From a virus (lineage: Duplodnaviria > Caudoviricetes), in the IMG/VR virus record IMGVR_UViG_3300025174_001223, positions 1 through 37,123 of that record: DNA of 37,123 nucleotides; one strand, given 5' to 3'. The notes under the pieces were generated by a model that did no database searches, was not told where the DNA came from, and worked only from the letters and a program-made list of their open reading frames with translations. Shown here in pieces: positions 7,874-16,586 of this stretch (position 1 is its first letter; each line of letters starts with the position of its first letter). Both the position numbers and the translations under genes were made by a program.

Positions 7874-8595
7874 TCGAACAGGCTCTCGTAGTCGACGCGG
7901 TCATAGACCTTGAGCAGGCCGCCGACCGTGGCGTTGTAGATGCTCCGGCCGTGTGCGATCACTTCCTGTTCGGCGATCTGGTGCATCAAGATCAGCGTAT
8001 CGTCCCGCTCGAGCAGCGGGTGCGTGTCCCAGGTGTGGTAATCCGGGTGGAAGTGGTTGGGGTCTGGCCCGCCGCGCACCGGCTTGTAGCCCAGGTCGCA
8101 GCCGACGAGGTAGATGGGGTCATAGCCGAACATCAGTGCCATCTGAATGGCGATTCCGACCGTGCCCCCGAAGGCGCACAGCGTCGGCAGGTGCCATCGG
8201 GAGGGCCGGTTATCGCTACGGATGTTGCAATTGTGGTGCTCGCAGTCCTCGTTATCGAACCACGTGACGTTCGGCCAATCCAGCCGTCCGCCAGCAGCAC
8301 GGGCCAGCGATGGCTTGAACACCGACCGGATGATGCATGTCTCTCCGGCGTCCACGTGATAGGGCAGCACATATTGCGAGTAGTCCTTCCAATCCGCGCT
8401 CGCCTTCACGCCAATGCCAACGTGCTCGGCGAACAGGTAGTAGGTTGGCCGCCAGATGGTCCCTCGGATGCCGTTGGCCGGGTCGGGCTGGTACGCCAGG
8501 TCGATGCGGTTCATGGCGAACGACACCTCACCCACCAAGCGGTCGAGGTTGGTGTGCTTCAGGCTCGGGCCTCCACCCACGACGAATGCTCGCAT
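7870..8595 (-). CDS. DUF115/Maf-like (MptE-like, Cst-II-related fold) putative sugar transferase
   Basis: VVGGGPSL, FAMNRI, GTVGIAIQMALMFGYDPIYLVGCD, NHFHPDY. Confidence 0.82.
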   Translation of the reverse strand: MRAFVVGGGPSLKHTNLDRLVGEVSFAMNRIDLAYQPDPANGIRGTIWRPTYYLFAEHVGIGVKASADWKDYSQYVLPYHVDAGETCIIRSVFKPSLARAAGGRLDWPNVTWFDNEDCEHHNCNIRSDNRPSRWHLPTLCAFGGTVGIAIQMALMFGYDPIYLVGCDLGYKPVRGGPDPNHFHPDYHTWDTHPLLERDDTLILMHQIAEQEVIAHGRSIYNATVGGLLKVYDRVDYESLFE

Positions 8596-8596
8596 C

Positions 8597-8836
8597 TCAC
8601 ACTCCGCCTAACGCCAGGATGGCCCATAGTTCCGGGTCGTAGGGCACGTTCAGCACGCCGACCTTCGTCGCCGTCAGCCCCGTGTTTGCTCGGGATGAAG
8701 CACTGCCCGAGTGGCTGCCGCCTAGCGTGCCCACCTGCGTCGTGCGCATGGCGGTTTTCATGGCGAGGATATCCGAGACGTCATTGAAGTCCCATCCACC
8801 ACCAACATCGCCGCCGGGTCCCTCTGCGACTGGCAT
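8597..8836 (-). CDS. Small hypothetical tail-region protein
   Basis: ATG at 8836 immediately after the upstream stop; fills the operon gap. Confidence 0.55.
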   Translation of the reverse strand: MPVAEGPGGDVGGGWDFNDVSDILAMKTAMRTTQVGTLGGSHSGSASSRANTGLTATKVGVLNVPYDPELWAILALGGV

Positions 8837-8837
8837 C

Positions 8838-10325
8838 TCATAGCCCCTGCGCTGCTCGGCGCACGATGGCATCGGCGAATTGGCTGGACGACGCCTTGAT
8901 CCGCGCTCCCTCCGGTCCCTTGCTGACCTCGGAGATCTTGGTCTTGCTGGGGTCCTGGAAGAAGTTCGGGTACACCTCTGTGCCGGGCAGGTCGGCCCCC
9001 AGCAGTTCGATGAATGGCCCGGCGTGCAGTTCGTTCACATCGACCGGGTTGCCGTTCCGGTCGCGGATGATGCCCTTCGGGTCCCACAGATTCACCGAGT
9101 AGGCTGCCAGCCGGTTGACCACTGGCAGGTCGTATACCACTACCAGTTTCGGGCGCTCTGCGGCTGTGGCATGGTCGCTGGACCGTATGGCTTCCGCGAG
9201 GTCGCCGGCGCTGCTCTGGTTGAAAAGCAATCCATTGTTGGCCATCGTTCCGCCGGGAATTATCTCTTGAATGAGGGAGTTTGTCAGCGCGACATCGAAG
9301 CGGGTGCCGTTGGGCGCGTCATCAGGAATGGCGAGGGTTCCAAGGGAGGTGGGGTCGAAATCCGTGCCGGACCCTCCGGCTCCCGCTATAGTCCAAGGCA
9401 GCCCGGTATCGTATACGACCCAGGTTGTCGTCGCCTCGACCCACGCCCTGAGCAGGCGGAGAATGCTGGCGGTCGTGGTGCCGCTGAAGGATGATGGCGT
9501 GTTGTCTTTCCAGACGCTCAAAATAGCGGAGGTGATGGTGCTTCCGGGCAGGATGGTGGAGAGGTCGAACTGAATCAAAGGCTTGGAGAAGCGGTCTGAG
9601 ACAAGAAGGTTCCCAAACTCTAGGTAGGCGCGGGTTGGATTGCTACCCGATAGTCCATCTGAGAACTGCTCCCAGATATCCGTGTCCTTGCCGGCCGTAG
9701 CGTCCGGCTGTAGGGTGAGCGTCGGGTCGAGCACCCAACCAGCCCAATCCCGCACAGGTAGTTCGACCATGACCTCGCTCAGGCCCGTGCGCTTCCAGCG
9801 TAGCGCCACGCTCTGGCCCTCCGGCCCCATGAGGTAGGGCGAAGGGACCTCGATCCCCCTGAACGCCATGCCGCCCGGAAAGCGCCCCGGCGTTGGCTGC
9901 CGGTTGAAGCGGAACGAGAAATCTAGCGGGTGGCCGGCCTGCAGACGGATCAATTTTCGCACTAGATGACCGGCGTATTCAAACTCCAAGTCCGCTGCCG
10001 GCCAGGCATTCGGGTACCGCACGCCCTGCCGTCGGCGCTGCCCCAGCACCGTTGGGATGGTGTTGAGAGCGTAGACCTCGAGCCGCTCATCGAAGCGGTC
10101 GAGCATCCACATCACGGGCACTTCCGGGTCCAACTCCCGGCAGAATCCACCAGTCATGAAGGCGTCGAAGCCGTGTGGGTGCCGCTCCTCCATCACCCCA
10201 TCCAGCAGGTCGCTAGGGATCTCCCGTAGCACGCCGTCGCGCACGTAGTCCACCGGCCGTAGCGATATCTCCGTCGTCACCCGGCCATGCTCCTCGGTAA
10301 CGCGCGCAGTCCGTCCGCCCCTCAT
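8838..10325 (-). CDS. Tail protein with DNRLRE/CBM96-like domain, putative receptor-binding protein
   Basis: TLQPD..GKDT, LIQFDLS.I..GSTITSA.L, WVEATTTW, NNGLL, RSSD...ERPKLVV. Confidence 0.8.
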   Translation of the reverse strand: MRGGRTARVTEEHGRVTTEISLRPVDYVRDGVLREIPSDLLDGVMEERHPHGFDAFMTGGFCRELDPEVPVMWMLDRFDERLEVYALNTIPTVLGQRRRQGVRYPNAWPAADLEFEYAGHLVRKLIRLQAGHPLDFSFRFNRQPTPGRFPGGMAFRGIEVPSPYLMGPEGQSVALRWKRTGLSEVMVELPVRDWAGWVLDPTLTLQPDATAGKDTDIWEQFSDGLSGSNPTRAYLEFGNLLVSDRFSKPLIQFDLSTILPGSTITSAILSVWKDNTPSSFSGTTTASILRLLRAWVEATTTWVVYDTGLPWTIAGAGGSGTDFDPTSLGTLAIPDDAPNGTRFDVALTNSLIQEIIPGGTMANNGLLFNQSSAGDLAEAIRSSDHATAAERPKLVVVYDLPVVNRLAAYSVNLWDPKGIIRDRNGNPVDVNELHAGPFIELLGADLPGTEVYPNFFQDPSKTKISEVSKGPEGARIKASSSQFADAIVRRAAQGL

Positions 10326-11200
10326 GTCTGCCCCGGAATGCGATATGGCACGCCCTGCCGGAAGTACGCGTGCCGGTCACCCTCAACCCCGACCACGTAG
10401 GGATTGCGGTTGCTGTCGCCGAGAGACGCGATGCTCTTGAGGATCTCCATCGGGCGGCGATCGTTATCGAACTCCCGACTGACCGGCGTGACGTTGGTCG
10501 CCACCTCGTAGGACTTGATGAACTGCATCACCTCGGCGTTGGTGAATATGGCCGTCACGACTACGGAGGCGTCTACCTGACCAGTGAGTGCCGTCTGGTT
10601 GTAGAGCACGAAGTCCATCGCCTCGCTCAGGCCAATGCACTGCACGTCGACGGTAATTCCCTCAGCCTTGAACTTGCCGCCCTGGTCGACGCTCTCTAGC
10701 CGTGGCGAAGCCCAGAATACCTGGTCGAGATACAGTTGCGCGCGCTGGTCAGCGACGGCGGCCGCCAACTCTCCGCCGGAGAGAACGAAGTACTTCTTTC
10801 CGAACCGAGTTTGGCTGGCGGCGTGCGTCTTGACTGCACTACGGGTAGGGGACCCGCCGCCCACCGGGGAGTAGCGCACCAGCACCGCGTTGGCCATGTC
10901 GGCAAGGTCATTGGTCACCTTGACGATGCCCGTGTCGATGCTTACCCGCTTGACCATCCCCTCCCAGTCGCCTATGCCCCGGTGGTTGTAGAACTCGGTC
11001 ATGCGTCCGGGACCGTTGTTGAGGAACTCCAGCGCGTCCTCCCGGCTCTTCGGGCGGAAAGAGAAGGTGGCTGAGTAGTAGCCACCCTCTTCCCGCTCAA
11101 CCATCTTCCAATCGGCGATCTGGGCGATAGGGATGTTGCGGCGGTACCGCTCCCAAAGCGTGGCTGGGTTGTGCAGGACGACGATGTTCGCTAGGCTCAT
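10322..11200 (-). CDS. Minor tail protein (baseplate hub-like)
   Basis: Second gene after tape measure; WEGMV, SQTRFGKK patterns typical of hub proteins. Confidence 0.7.
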   Translation of the reverse strand: MSLANIVVLHNPATLWERYRRNIPIAQIADWKMVEREEGGYYSATFSFRPKSREDALEFLNNGPGRMTEFYNHRGIGDWEGMVKRVSIDTGIVKVTNDLADMANAVLVRYSPVGGGSPTRSAVKTHAASQTRFGKKYFVLSGGELAAAVADQRAQLYLDQVFWASPRLESVDQGGKFKAEGITVDVQCIGLSEAMDFVLYNQTALTGQVDASVVVTAIFTNAEVMQFIKSYEVATNVTPVSREFDNDRRPMEILKSIASLGDSNRNPYVVGVEGDRHAYFRQGVPYRIPGQT

Positions 11201-13254
11201 CAGTCGTCCCCGCGCAGGAAGTGGTAGCAGGCATGGGCATATAACTCGGCCTGCACGCCAATTCCGGGCTGCGCCAGCAGGGGCACCTGACCGAAGCCCG
11301 TCGAAGGGAAGAAGCCGAAGAGGAAATAGAGGCGTGTAACCTTGCCCGGCTCCAGCCGCGGTGGTAGTCCACGTCGGGTCCAGATGTCCGTGCCTAACTC
11401 CACGCCCTCGCTGATCAGCCGCTTGATGGTTCGGTCCCGAATGACCCCGCCATCATCCTCAAGGATGCTGTCCCCACGCAAGGCGCTCGACCCGTTGGTC
11501 GGATTGGAGAGCGGGTCGGCGTACTCGCAGGACCATTCGTTGGTCGGGATGAGGATGAGTTCGAACGGGAATAGGTCCGAGGCTGCCGTGCCCTTCGCGT
11601 GGACCTCCAGCACAAGGTTGGCCGTGGCGTAACTCGGGTCGGCCTCGTCCACCTCGGCGAACGGAACGGTCAGGTATCCTCCCGGCGTCAGGTTCACCAG
11701 TTCGTCGAGGTTCCCGGCGGCGGCCAGACTCGCCATGCGGACTTCGGAGAACTCCTGAACGGGGAAGTAGGTCGTAGGCGAGATGAGAATAGCCCGGAGT
11801 TTCACATAATCGTCGCCTGCGACCCCACCAACCTGGCCGCACTTGAGGAACACTCGATACTCGCCCTTCAAGGCCTCCAGCAGGTCCGTCAGCGTCACTC
11901 GGCAGCGCATCGTCATCGTCGTGTCGGTGGCGAATGTGCATTGCGCCGCCGCCCCGCCGGGTGTACGGAGGTTGGCAACCGCCGAGGTGTCTGTCCCGTA
12001 GGTCACGGCGATGCCGGCCGGGTTCCCGGCGTTGCCTAGGTTGATGCGGCTGACGAAGCCCCCGTCGCCGATGTTCTCCGTCTTGGCGCCGACGATGACG
12101 CGCGAGATGTTCCCGATTTTCCCCGCCGACCCGTCCCCGCCCGAAGGCGTCTTGAGCCGCAACATCATATAGGGGGAGGTCCGGCCTCGCAGGGAGGTTG
12201 CAGGGATTTCCAGTTCAGGACGACGTAGCGCCATGTGGTCGCTGGCGATGCGCGGCGAGGTCGTCATCGAAGTGAGACCCGTGACACGCAACCGGACCCA
12301 TAATCGGCTGACGGCGTTGACCGTCTCGGCGGCCCAGGCATTGACGCCGTTGTAGCCCGACCAACCGAGCAGGACCGGCCCCAATTGGTTCCACATCTCG
12401 TCGTCGGGAAAGCGCGTGTAGTGGCTACCGAGCGTGAAGTCCGGCCAGCCCGCCGCTCCATCCGAGTACTCGAGAACCCAGGCGAGGCCACTGTAGACTC
12501 CGGCTGTCACCAACCGCCCTGCCAAGTGGAATCCTGGCTCGGTCGGCGGGAAGCCGATGTAATAGATGTCGCCTACTTCGGGGTCGGCGTCGAACAGGTC
12601 GTGCTCCGTCCCCACTAGGTTCGCCGAGAACGTGCCACCAGTGGTATCGAAGCGATAGATGTGGCTGATCGCACCGTTTTCTTGCCGGTGGTTGCCAACG
12701 AAGGACCAGGCCAGTGCCCCGTCGTCTGGGTGGCTGTCCAGCGGAGTCAGCCGGATGGGGCTACCGCGCTGGCCCGGCACCTGATCCCGCCAGATGTAGC
12801 GGGCGATGCTGACTTCGAGGTTCTCGATGGCGGCCTGCTGCGCCATCGCCGGCGTCCAGAGGCTGGAGGGGTTCTCGTACTGCGGGATGGAGTGGACGAC
12901 CGCGTAGCGTGGGTTGGTCTCGCCGATCGCCTTCTGGAGCATCACCACCGGCGCCCGGTAGCGGTTGCCCCTCTCCCGATACTGTAGCGCCTTGCGGGCG
13001 GCCTGGGTCAGCCGGTCGTGCTCGCGGGCTAAGGCATCGATGTCGTGCTCCCGCACGTTGATGCCGGCCCGCTCAACGAACAGAAGATCCTCGAGCCTGC
13101 TGGACAGCCGGTCGTAGGCCTCCGGGCTGACGGCCACGCTCCCCAGCCCGTCAACGTCCGGCGCGAGAACGCTATCTCCATCCACCCGAAAGAGGTCAAT
13201 CTCGTCCTCGTCCGTGAGTAGCCGCCAGACCGCTAGGCCCTTGGGATAGTCCAT
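11200..13254 (-). CDS. Distal tail (Dit-like) protein with beta-rich insertions
   Basis: Immediately after tape measure, 684 aa, LEYSDG and LWVRLRV beta-sandwich features. Confidence 0.7.
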   Translation of the reverse strand: MDYPKGLAVWRLLTDEDEIDLFRVDGDSVLAPDVDGLGSVAVSPEAYDRLSSRLEDLLFVERAGINVREHDIDALAREHDRLTQAARKALQYRERGNRYRAPVVMLQKAIGETNPRYAVVHSIPQYENPSSLWTPAMAQQAAIENLEVSIARYIWRDQVPGQRGSPIRLTPLDSHPDDGALAWSFVGNHRQENGAISHIYRFDTTGGTFSANLVGTEHDLFDADPEVGDIYYIGFPPTEPGFHLAGRLVTAGVYSGLAWVLEYSDGAAGWPDFTLGSHYTRFPDDEMWNQLGPVLLGWSGYNGVNAWAAETVNAVSRLWVRLRVTGLTSMTTSPRIASDHMALRRPELEIPATSLRGRTSPYMMLRLKTPSGGDGSAGKIGNISRVIVGAKTENIGDGGFVSRINLGNAGNPAGIAVTYGTDTSAVANLRTPGGAAAQCTFATDTTMTMRCRVTLTDLLEALKGEYRVFLKCGQVGGVAGDDYVKLRAILISPTTYFPVQEFSEVRMASLAAAGNLDELVNLTPGGYLTVPFAEVDEADPSYATANLVLEVHAKGTAASDLFPFELILIPTNEWSCEYADPLSNPTNGSSALRGDSILEDDGGVIRDRTIKRLISEGVELGTDIWTRRGLPPRLEPGKVTRLYFLFGFFPSTGFGQVPLLAQPGIGVQAELYAHACYHFLRGDD

Positions 13255-15756
13255 CTAGGCTCCCAGCCAGTCACGCATGGCCCGGTCGAACACTCCGCCC
13301 CCGATGCCCTGATTGTAGACGCCGCCCATGTTGATCGTGCGGTTGTATGTCGACGCCCCGCCGCCGGCCATCACGGGCAGGGCCGCTGCCTGCTGGCCAG
13401 CCGCCGCGGTCATGGCCGCCTGGGTGCCACGCATCCCCTCGCCAACGCCCTTCTGCAGGCCAGCCATCATGTTCTTCCCGATGCCCACCATCACTCGGGA
13501 TGGCGAACCGATATCAAGCAGTTTGTCCCACAGAGCGAGGATATCGCTGATCTTTCCGCTGAGCCAGGTCATGAACGCGGCGACCTTGGCCTTCGCACCG
13601 TCCCAGAACCCCTGGATCAAGGCCCCACCCCTCTTGACCAGTTCGAGCCTGATGGTCTCGAGATTGGCCCAGACGCCGGCCCAGGCATCGATGCCTCCCA
13701 GCATGTCCTCAAGGAAGGTTGCCCAATCCGTCTTGAGCCGCTCCGAGTAGTTGGCGATCATGGTCTGGACTATGAGCAGGAGCATGTCGTCATTCGCCGC
13801 CCACGTCTCCTGCAGATTCGACCAGAACCTGTCAGAGATGATGCCCGCCGCTTCCCACACCCACGACCAACTCTCGGCGAACGACTCGGGCGTCTCGCCA
13901 GCGAGCGACAGGGCAGATTCGAGGAACCTGTCCCAGAACCCCCCGACGTTTTCTGCGGCACCAGCCCAATCGCCGTTGGCGATGTCGAGCAGGGTAGCAA
14001 GACTAGTCACGAAGAGATCCAGCGTGCCGATGGCCGCCGTGGCGAGCAAGGCCACTACCTTGCCGAGAATGTCCAAGATGCCTGGTCCGGTGGCCGCCAG
14101 CGACTTCCCCAGCCCGCCAAAGATCTCGCCGAGGTTCTCGAGGACACCCGGTAATGCGATCGCAACGACCGGCGAAACTGCCGCGACCAGGTCGTCGATA
14201 GTCTGCTTGATCGTGGGGCCAAGTCCGACGGCCGCATCGTACAGCATCTGTAGGCCCTGAATCACGGGGTCAAACAGGTGCAGAAATCCCTTGATGCTCT
14301 CGCTCTGCGCCTCCGTGAACCCAACGCGCTGTAGCCACTCGTCGAAACTGAAATCGCCTCGCAGAAGCGCTCGCAGTTGGGCCATCGGAATGGCGATGCC
14401 CCGGAGGAAATCATTGAACGACTGAAGGAACCCCCCCGGCTCGATCTTCAATCCAGCCATCCCCGACAGGGCTGTGAGGATGCCTCCGACGCTGGTGACG
14501 ATACTGCTCATCAGACCGCGGGTGGTCTCCAGTTTGGCGGCCGTCTCTTCATCCGTCATGCTGTCGATCAAGCCCCGGAGCCCCTTGGATAGACTGTCGA
14601 GGATCGGCCGAAGCACGCTGGCGCCGAGGATCACGTTGATGAAGTCCTGCACGTCCTGAGTCACCCCAGCCCACGTGCCCGACATGCGCTTCATGGCCCC
14701 GGCGAAGTCGCTCTCGGCCATCTGCACGAAGGCTTCCACGAATTGGTCGACGTCGTATTGGCCTGCGGCGGCGTTCTTGCGGAACTGGTCGAGGGAGATG
14801 TTGGTCAGCCCCATGTTGCGCTGCATGATCTCGAGCACGGTCGCCACAGGCATCATGGCGCCGCGGGCGAGGTCTCGCAGTTCGGTTCCCATCACCTTGC
14901 CGGCCGCCTTCATCTGGCCGAAGTTGTACAGGATGCGCTGCATGACCTCGTCGCTCAGCCCCATGCCGGCGGTGTAGTCGCCCGTCGCCGTGATCAGCCG
15001 TCGGATCTCCTTGGTCTGGAAACCCATGGCCATGGACAGGCTGATGGCGCTACTGATGGTCTGCGGCCGGAAGGGGGTGGTCACGGACATCTGGAGCGAC
15101 CAGTTCAGGAGTTCCCGGGCTGGCGCGGCGGCCTCCTTCAGGGCCTCGGAGAAGTCGTAGGTCCCGAAGGCGGACTGCTGCAGGCGGTTGTCCAGCCCGT
15201 CGAAGCCTGGAATGAGTTCGCGGATCTGGCTGTCGACCCACTTGAGTCGATTCCCGTACTGCTCGAAGGCGTATCGCCCGGCCGCCGTGTGCTGGTCGAC
15301 CTCCGCCATCTTCTTGATGAAGTTGTCGTGCGAGTTCCGCAGGTTGATGAAGCGCTGGACCTGGTAGTCGGAGGCCGCCCCGGCTTCCCGCAGGTAGTCA
15401 GCGAAGCCCTCGGTACTGTTGGAGGCTGCCAACTCGCGGGCCACCAGCGTGTTGAACTGGATCTCGAGTTTCTGCAGTTGGGCGGCGGCGTCAAAGGCCT
15501 CCGACGCCATCTGCTTGATCTCGTTGGCGATCGCACGAATGGCTCCGGCGGCTAGGATGCCTGCGGCGATGGTCCCGATGGCGGATAGAGCGCCGCCCAC
15601 GCCGCCCATGGCGGTCGAGAGGGTTCCGGTCTGCCTGGCTACGCTCTGGCTCGTCTGGCCCAACTGCTCCATCCGCCGCTTGACTTCGTCCATGTCGCGG
15701 CGGAAGGAGTTCATGCCTTCGACGATGGCCAGCACGCCTACGGTTGGGAAGGCCAT
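13255..15756 (-). CDS. Tape measure protein
   Basis: 833 aa helical Ala/Gly-rich; TPF...GQMKAAGKVMGTELRDL core, C-terminal IGSPSRVM..IG. Confidence 0.95.
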   Translation of the reverse strand: MAFPTVGVLAIVEGMNSFRRDMDEVKRRMEQLGQTSQSVARQTGTLSTAMGGVGGALSAIGTIAAGILAAGAIRAIANEIKQMASEAFDAAAQLQKLEIQFNTLVARELAASNSTEGFADYLREAGAASDYQVQRFINLRNSHDNFIKKMAEVDQHTAAGRYAFEQYGNRLKWVDSQIRELIPGFDGLDNRLQQSAFGTYDFSEALKEAAAPARELLNWSLQMSVTTPFRPQTISSAISLSMAMGFQTKEIRRLITATGDYTAGMGLSDEVMQRILYNFGQMKAAGKVMGTELRDLARGAMMPVATVLEIMQRNMGLTNISLDQFRKNAAAGQYDVDQFVEAFVQMAESDFAGAMKRMSGTWAGVTQDVQDFINVILGASVLRPILDSLSKGLRGLIDSMTDEETAAKLETTRGLMSSIVTSVGGILTALSGMAGLKIEPGGFLQSFNDFLRGIAIPMAQLRALLRGDFSFDEWLQRVGFTEAQSESIKGFLHLFDPVIQGLQMLYDAAVGLGPTIKQTIDDLVAAVSPVVAIALPGVLENLGEIFGGLGKSLAATGPGILDILGKVVALLATAAIGTLDLFVTSLATLLDIANGDWAGAAENVGGFWDRFLESALSLAGETPESFAESWSWVWEAAGIISDRFWSNLQETWAANDDMLLLIVQTMIANYSERLKTDWATFLEDMLGGIDAWAGVWANLETIRLELVKRGGALIQGFWDGAKAKVAAFMTWLSGKISDILALWDKLLDIGSPSRVMVGIGKNMMAGLQKGVGEGMRGTQAAMTAAAGQQAAALPVMAGGGASTYNRTINMGGVYNQGIGGGVFDRAMRDWLGA

Positions 15757-16035
15757 CTAACGGCGCCCCCGCTTATGGCGCAGATGGTCCTGCATCTCGG
15801 CGTTCTGCAAGAGCCGGATCTGGTTGCGGAGCCTATTGAGAGCGACTTCCATTGCTCGGCCGCGGGGCGGCATGGCGTACCACTCCTCCACGCTGTAGCC
15901 AGCCCCGATGCGGGCGTCGTGCTCCTCGAACGGGGACACCAACTCGGGGTGTCGGATTCCGTAGGTGACCCGGGTTCCCAGCGCGTATCTGGGCTTGATC
16001 AGCAGGACAGGGTCGCCGTCGTACCTAACGTTGAA
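15757..16035 (-). CDS. Tail assembly chaperone T segment, probably reached by frameshift
   Basis: Open +1 frame overlapping the end of 16025-16573, first in-frame start is a TTG without SD, abuts tape measure. Confidence 0.65.
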   Translation of the reverse strand, partial: FNVRYDGDPVLLIKPRYALGTRVTYGIRHPELVSPFEEHDARIGAGYSVEEWYAMPPRGRAMEVALNRLRNQIRLLQNAEMQDHLRHKRGRR

Positions 16036-16573
16036 AGCCCTGGACGGCCTCCGATACGTCAGCCTCGCTGACGCCGGAGAGCCGTCCCACCTCCCTTACG
16101 ATGGATGCGATGTCATTCTGGTCCGGCGCCGCACAGTACTTCACCCACGCCAGGTAGCGGGCACGTGGGCCTTCGACGTCGCGCCGCAGGATCTTCATCT
16201 GCTCGAGGAACTCGGCGGCATCGGCTGCGGGCACGCCCTCGGGAATGGTCGTCGGCTCGGTCCCGAGCAGGATGAAGGCGTTGTTCATGTCCAGCAGCAT
16301 GCCAGCCTGCCACTGCTGCAACGCCGACTTGTAGTCCGGGTCGTCCGGGTTCTCTTCGACCCGATCAAGGGCCTCGACGAACACCCGCGGGACCTTCGGC
16401 TGGACCCGTAGCGCCTCGGCCGCAATGTCCGTGGGCAACATCACCGGCACTCGCTTGATCAGCAGAACGACCCCGGTCGAGAGGGTGAGGGTCCTCGGAC
16501 CCTCACCCTCCTTGTTCACGGCGGCCGCAATGCGCTCGAGCGACTCCCGATCGCCCGTCGCTACATCAACCAT
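16025..16573 (-). CDS. Tail assembly chaperone (G)
   Basis: Lies between tail tube and tape measure; GGGAG SD. Confidence 0.75.
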   Translation of the reverse strand: MVDVATGDRESLERIAAAVNKEGEGPRTLTLSTGVVLLIKRVPVMLPTDIAAEALRVQPKVPRVFVEALDRVEENPDDPDYKSALQQWQAGMLLDMNNAFILLGTEPTTIPEGVPAADAAEFLEQMKILRRDVEGPRARYLAWVKYCAAPDQNDIASIVREVGRLSGVSEADVSEAVQGFQR

Positions 16574-16586
16574 GGTTGGCTCCCGT

